DNA of 64,000 nucleotides, taken from the IMG/VR virus record IMGVR_UViG_3300037067_004637. One strand, 5' to 3'. Shown here piece after piece: positions 59,960-64,000 of the stretch (positions within the stretch are counted from its first letter, which is position 1; each line of letters begins with the position of its first letter). The notes beneath the pieces were generated by a model that had not been told where the DNA came from, ran no database searches, and worked only from the letters and a program-made list of their open reading frames with translations. The position numbers were made by a program, and so were the translations under genes. The DNA comes from an uncultured virus (IMG/VR IMGVR_UViG_3300037067_004637) (lineage: Duplodnaviria > Heunggongvirae > Uroviricota > Caudoviricetes).

Positions 59960-59997
59960 AAAAAGGTTGTTATGAAATGTCATAACAACCTTTTTTT
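59960..59997 (+). terminator. Intrinsic terminator
   Basis: AAAAGGTTGTTATGA-AATG-TCATAACAACCTTTT. Confidence 0.9.
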
Positions 59998-60030
59998 ATT
60001 TATATATAGTTTTAAACGAAAATTTTCAAT

Positions 60031-60675
60031 ATGGATTTATTAACACTTGAAATGAATATACTTTTAAATAAAATTTCTTCTTTAAAAAATGAAATAGATT
60101 ATAAAAATCAAAAAATTGAGGTTATAAGTAAAGGATTTTATGAAGAATTAAATAAAGGGTTGGTATTTGAAGAAGAACCAGAAGTTATAGAAGAAGTAAA
60201 AGAAGATGAAAAAGAAGAAGTATTAAATCAAGATATAAAAGATGGTGAAGATAAAATAAATGATGTAAATGAATCTATTGATGAAAATGAAACAGAAAAA
60301 GCTATAAAAAACGAATTACCAACTGATATTAAAAATATATTTAGAAAGATTGTTTTTCTTACACATCCAGATAAAATAAAAAATGATGATAAAGATAAAG
60401 ATATTAAAATGAAATATTATTTAGATGTACAAAAATCAGCACAAAAAAATGATATTGCTAATATATTAATAATTGCCAATAAATTAAGTATTGAAATAGA
60501 AGTTCAGAATGATTATAAAGAAATATTAAAACAAGAAATTTGTAATTTAGAATTACAAACAAAAAATTTAGAATATACAAATGTTTGGGTTTGGTATCAT
60601 ACACCAAACGATATGTTAAAGAAAATAATGGTGGATAGACTTAGAGAAACTATAAGAAAAAAGAATAAAAATTAA
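60031..60675 (+). CDS. J-domain (DnaJ-like) protein
   Basis: IKNIFRKIVFLTHPDK (HPD motif) within a coiled-coil protein. Confidence 0.7.
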   Translation: MDLLTLEMNILLNKISSLKNEIDYKNQKIEVISKGFYEELNKGLVFEEEPEVIEEVKEDEKEEVLNQDIKDGEDKINDVNESIDENETEKAIKNELPTDIKNIFRKIVFLTHPDKIKNDDKDKDIKMKYYLDVQKSAQKNDIANILIIANKLSIEIEVQNDYKEILKQEICNLELQTKNLEYTNVWVWYHTPNDMLKKIMVDRLRETIRKKNKN

Positions 60676-60733
60676 TTTTCTTTATATTTTTTTAATATAT
60701 ATAATAAATAGAATTAAAAATTAAATTTTTGAA

Positions 60734-61591
60734 ATGGCTAAAAAGCTACATGGTAAGCAAATAAAAGATAGTACTATATTACAAGCACATTTAAGTTTAA
60801 CTACACCAATAGAAAATAATAATGCTGCAACTAAATTATATGTTGATAATTCTATAACTGGAACAACATCTTTATCAACAGCACTTTCAACAGAAATTTC
60901 AATAAGAGGAAGTCAAGATACATCTTTATCAACAACACTTTCAACAGAAGTTTCTGTTAGAGGTTCTACTGATACAGCACTTTCAACAGATTTATCTACT
61001 GAGTTATCTGTTAGAGGGAGTCAAGTTACATCTTTGTCAACAATTATTTCTTCTGAAACTTCATCAAGAATTTCGGCTGATTCATCATTAGAAACTGCTA
61101 TATCAAGTAGTTCTGGTTCAGCATACTTATCTGGATTAACTGATGTTTCTGTGTCAAATTTGAATAATAATGATATACTAATTTATTCTGGTTCATCTTG
61201 GATAAATACTCCAAATTTATGGGCTGTTGATGAAAATAGTGCAGTAACTTTAGTAAACACTAATTATAATTTAGTTTTAGCTAATATCCAAATAGAACAA
61301 GATGGTGGTGTTAGAAAATTGTCTGATATGACTGTTACATCAGCTTCAACATCAGGAACAGAAAATAGTTATTCTTTAGAAATAGATGATAGTAGTATAT
61401 TAAGAATATATTCAGAATCAAATGGTTCTGGTGGATTAACATCTACTGGTGCTGTTTTAGATGGTGATTATTTTTATTTTGGAAATCCAACAACAGATGG
61501 TAGTTGGAGATGGTTTGTGAATAATGATGGTGATTTAGAATTTCAAAAAAGAGTTTCTGGCTCTTGGGTATATAAAAATAAAATGACTTAA
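60734..61591 (+). CDS. Short fibre protein: GKQ module and SLST repeats
   Basis: MAKKLHGKQI, AATKLYVD, TSLSTALSTEIS.RGS repeats, LSGLTDV, DGSWR tip; promoter motif at 60691-60701. Confidence 0.8.
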   Translation: MAKKLHGKQIKDSTILQAHLSLTTPIENNNAATKLYVDNSITGTTSLSTALSTEISIRGSQDTSLSTTLSTEVSVRGSTDTALSTDLSTELSVRGSQVTSLSTIISSETSSRISADSSLETAISSSSGSAYLSGLTDVSVSNLNNNDILIYSGSSWINTPNLWAVDENSAVTLVNTNYNLVLANIQIEQDGGVRKLSDMTVTSASTSGTENSYSLEIDDSSILRIYSESNGSGGLTSTGAVLDGDYFYFGNPTTDGSWRWFVNNDGDLEFQKRVSGSWVYKNKMT

Positions 61592-61596
61592 TAATT

Positions 61597-63759
61597 ATGG
61601 GTGTTTTATTAATTAATAATTCATTAACACAAAAACTTATAATTGATGAAAATGTTAATGGTGGTGGTTTGCTTTTGGATTATGAAGACCCAAATAAAAA
61701 TGCTTTTATATTTACTATAACTGGAAATTCTTTTTCTATTCCAATGTCATCTTTATATACATATGATGCAACTGTTGATTGGGGTGATGGTAGCGAAATA
61801 CAAACAATAACATCATATTTAGATAGTAATAGTGCTCATACATATTCTTTATCTGATGTATATACAATTAAAATAAATGGTGTTTTTCCATCTATATATT
61901 TTAATAATACTAATCCAGATAGAACAAAATTAACAACTATTGTACAGTGGGGTGATGTAGAATTTTTATCAATGAATAAAAGTTTTTATGGATGTTCAAA
62001 TTTAACAACATTACCAACACAAAAAATTCCAGTAAAAAATGATATTACTAATTTTGAACATTGTTTTGAAAATTGTACATCATTAACATCAATACCAAGT
62101 GGTATTTTTGATAATTGTACTGGTACAACAAATTTTCGATTTTGTTTTAATGGTTGTACATCATTAACAAGTATACCATCTGGTTTATTTGATTATAATA
62201 CTAATATAATATTTATTAATAATGTTTTCCAAAATTGTACATCAATAACAAGTATACCATCTGGTTTGTTTGATAGTTTTACATCTGTTCAATATTTTAA
62301 TTATATTTTTAATGGTTGTGCATCAATAACAAGTATACCATCAGGTTTATTTGATAATTGTGTTGGTGCAGTAACATTTCAAAACACTTTTTCAAGTACA
62401 TCTATAACAAGTATACCATCTGGTTTATTTGATAATTGTATAAATGTAACAACGTTTTCTGCTACTTTTACAAACACAAATATAGAAAATATACCAACAA
62501 ATTTATTTGATTATAATACAAAAGTAACAATGATGTATAGTGTTTTTAATACTTGTGTATCATTAACAAGTATACCTACTGAAATTTTTAGATATAATAC
62601 TGGTATAACTGATTTCACTTCTATTTTTCAAAATTGTACATCATTAACAAGTATACCATATGGTTTATTTGATTATAACACAAAAGTTACAAATTTTTCA
62701 AGTAGTTTTAATTCTTGTACATCTTTAACAAGTATACCATCTGGTTTATTTGATAATTGTATTAATGTTACTAATTTTACTAATATTTTTAATAATTGTA
62801 CATATTTAATAAGTATACCATCTGGTTTATTTGATTATAACACAAAAGTTACAACATTTGATAGAAGTTTTCAAAATTGTACATCATTAACAAGTATACC
62901 ATCAGGTTTATTTGATAATTGTACTGGCGTAACAATATTTACAAATACATTTTATAATAATACAGGTTTAACATCAATACCAGTAGATTTATTTAAATAT
63001 AATACTAAAGTTACAACTTTTCAAAATACTTTTTCATTATGTTATAGCTTACAATCTATACCAGATAATTTATTTAATGGTTTAAATAAAGTTACAACAT
63101 TTAGAGAAACATTTAATTATTGTACAAGTTTAGATATAAGTGGAAATACTAACATTTTTAAGGATTGTTCTGGTGTCACTAGTTTTTATAGTACATTTTA
63201 TGAATGTGAATCTATAACCAATATACCATCAGGTTTGTTTGATGATTGTCCAAATGTTACAGATTTTTCATATACATTTAGAGGTTGTTCATCAATATTA
63301 AGTATATCATCAGGGTTATTTGATAATTGTACTGGTGTAACATCTTTTTATAGTACTTTTTATGATAATCAAGCATTATTATCAATACCAACAGATTTAT
63401 TTAGATATAATACTAATGTTGTATCTTTTGGTTATGCTTTTAATAGATGTTATGATTTAACATCATTACCAGAAAATTTATTTTATTACAATAAAAAAGT
63501 GACAGATTATAATCAATGTTTTTATACTTGTCTAAACATGGCATTACCATCAGTTATATTTGATTTAAGTGCTTCTGGTATAAGTGGAAAAACTATTAAT
63601 TTTAGTAGGTTTATGATGGTATTTTCAACTGCAAATTCTCATACAGGAACGGTTCAAGATATATGGAATTATGTTTCTACAAGTTCAACAAAAACATATT
63701 GTTTTAGAAATGATACATCATTAACAAATTATGCAAGTATACCAACAGCGTGGAGATAA
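61597..63759 (+). CDS. BspA-like leucine-rich-repeat protein
   Basis: VDWGDG PKD-like head, then roughly 20 repeats F.NCTSLTSIPSGLFD.(C/N)T.VT.F. Confidence 0.9.
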   Translation: MGVLLINNSLTQKLIIDENVNGGGLLLDYEDPNKNAFIFTITGNSFSIPMSSLYTYDATVDWGDGSEIQTITSYLDSNSAHTYSLSDVYTIKINGVFPSIYFNNTNPDRTKLTTIVQWGDVEFLSMNKSFYGCSNLTTLPTQKIPVKNDITNFEHCFENCTSLTSIPSGIFDNCTGTTNFRFCFNGCTSLTSIPSGLFDYNTNIIFINNVFQNCTSITSIPSGLFDSFTSVQYFNYIFNGCASITSIPSGLFDNCVGAVTFQNTFSSTSITSIPSGLFDNCINVTTFSATFTNTNIENIPTNLFDYNTKVTMMYSVFNTCVSLTSIPTEIFRYNTGITDFTSIFQNCTSLTSIPYGLFDYNTKVTNFSSSFNSCTSLTSIPSGLFDNCINVTNFTNIFNNCTYLISIPSGLFDYNTKVTTFDRSFQNCTSLTSIPSGLFDNCTGVTIFTNTFYNNTGLTSIPVDLFKYNTKVTTFQNTFSLCYSLQSIPDNLFNGLNKVTTFRETFNYCTSLDISGNTNIFKDCSGVTSFYSTFYECESITNIPSGLFDDCPNVTDFSYTFRGCSSILSISSGLFDNCTGVTSFYSTFYDNQALLSIPTDLFRYNTNVVSFGYAFNRCYDLTSLPENLFYYNKKVTDYNQCFYTCLNMALPSVIFDLSASGISGKTINFSRFMMVFSTANSHTGTVQDIWNYVSTSSTKTYCFRNDTSLTNYASIPTAWR

Positions 63760-63775
63760 AAATATATAATTTAAA

Positions 63776-64000
63776 ATGTTAAAAACATTAAAATATAATA
63801 ATAAAATAGTGAAATTTAATAATAAGGTGGCAAAATATAATCAACCTGATCCACCAGAATTAAGATTTATAACAGAATGGGATTTTTTAGCCGAAGAAAT
63901 AACATTACCATTAGTTAGTGGTTATTCTTATAATTTTACTGTTGATTGGGGTGATAATTCATCAATTGAAACTGTAACATCATATAATGATTTAAATGCA
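63776..64000 (+). CDS. Second BspA-like protein, truncated by the window end
   Basis: MLKTLKYNNK...FITEW...ITLPL..GYSYNFTVDWGD, similar to the head of the preceding gene. Confidence 0.7.
   Translation, partial: MLKTLKYNNKIVKFNNKVAKYNQPDPPELRFITEWDFLAEEITLPLVSGYSYNFTVDWGDNSSIETVTSYNDLNA

Noticed and set aside
62060..63480. LRR nucleotide repeats as a DGR template/variable pair
   Set aside because: No reverse transcriptase in the window, and no non-coding copy differing only at adenines was seen.
1..64000. Eukaryotic giant virus origin (ankyrins, glycosyltransferases, AT-rich)
   Set aside because: UvsW and gp14-like genes, overlapping operonic genes and intrinsic terminators point to a bacteriophage.

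Overview
Very AT-rich, gene-dense 64 kb segment of a large tailed bacteriophage genome (T4-like/jumbo type), read in the standard genetic code. The phage call rests on a UvsW-type helicase next to a UvsY-sized helical protein, a T4 gp14-like neck protein, many fibre/PKD/LRR virion proteins and a recurrent TTTAATATATA late-promoter-like motif. No rRNA, tRNA or CRISPR array was seen. Three multi-gene patterns stand out. (1) About 13 unrelated enzymes share a short N-terminal leader (MKYLKLYENF-like) resembling the T4 capsid-targeting sequence. They include six ADP-ribosyltransferase-like proteins, four ankyrin proteins (one fused to an ART domain), a ParB-like protein, a SprT protease and a Type IIG-like restriction-methylase, suggesting an exchangeable, head-packaged effector cargo. 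(2) A ~19 kb glycosylation locus (three DUF2827-like genes, GT2/GT7/GT10/GT32/GT47-like transferases, methyltransferases and a three-enzyme 6-deoxy-HexNAc pathway) is interleaved with Ser/Thr-rich fibres. Almost all putative virion proteins are strewn with an [S/T]-G-x-T motif that could be a phage glycosylation sequon. (3) A mix-and-match family of fibre proteins is built from shared N- and C-terminal modules. Also present: a ~300 bp transposase-less IS200/IS605-like element carrying an omegaRNA-like end, a C-terminal Hint domain on a virion protein, and an extein-less intein-derived LAGLIDADG gene. All family assignments are by eye from motifs; no database searches were run.
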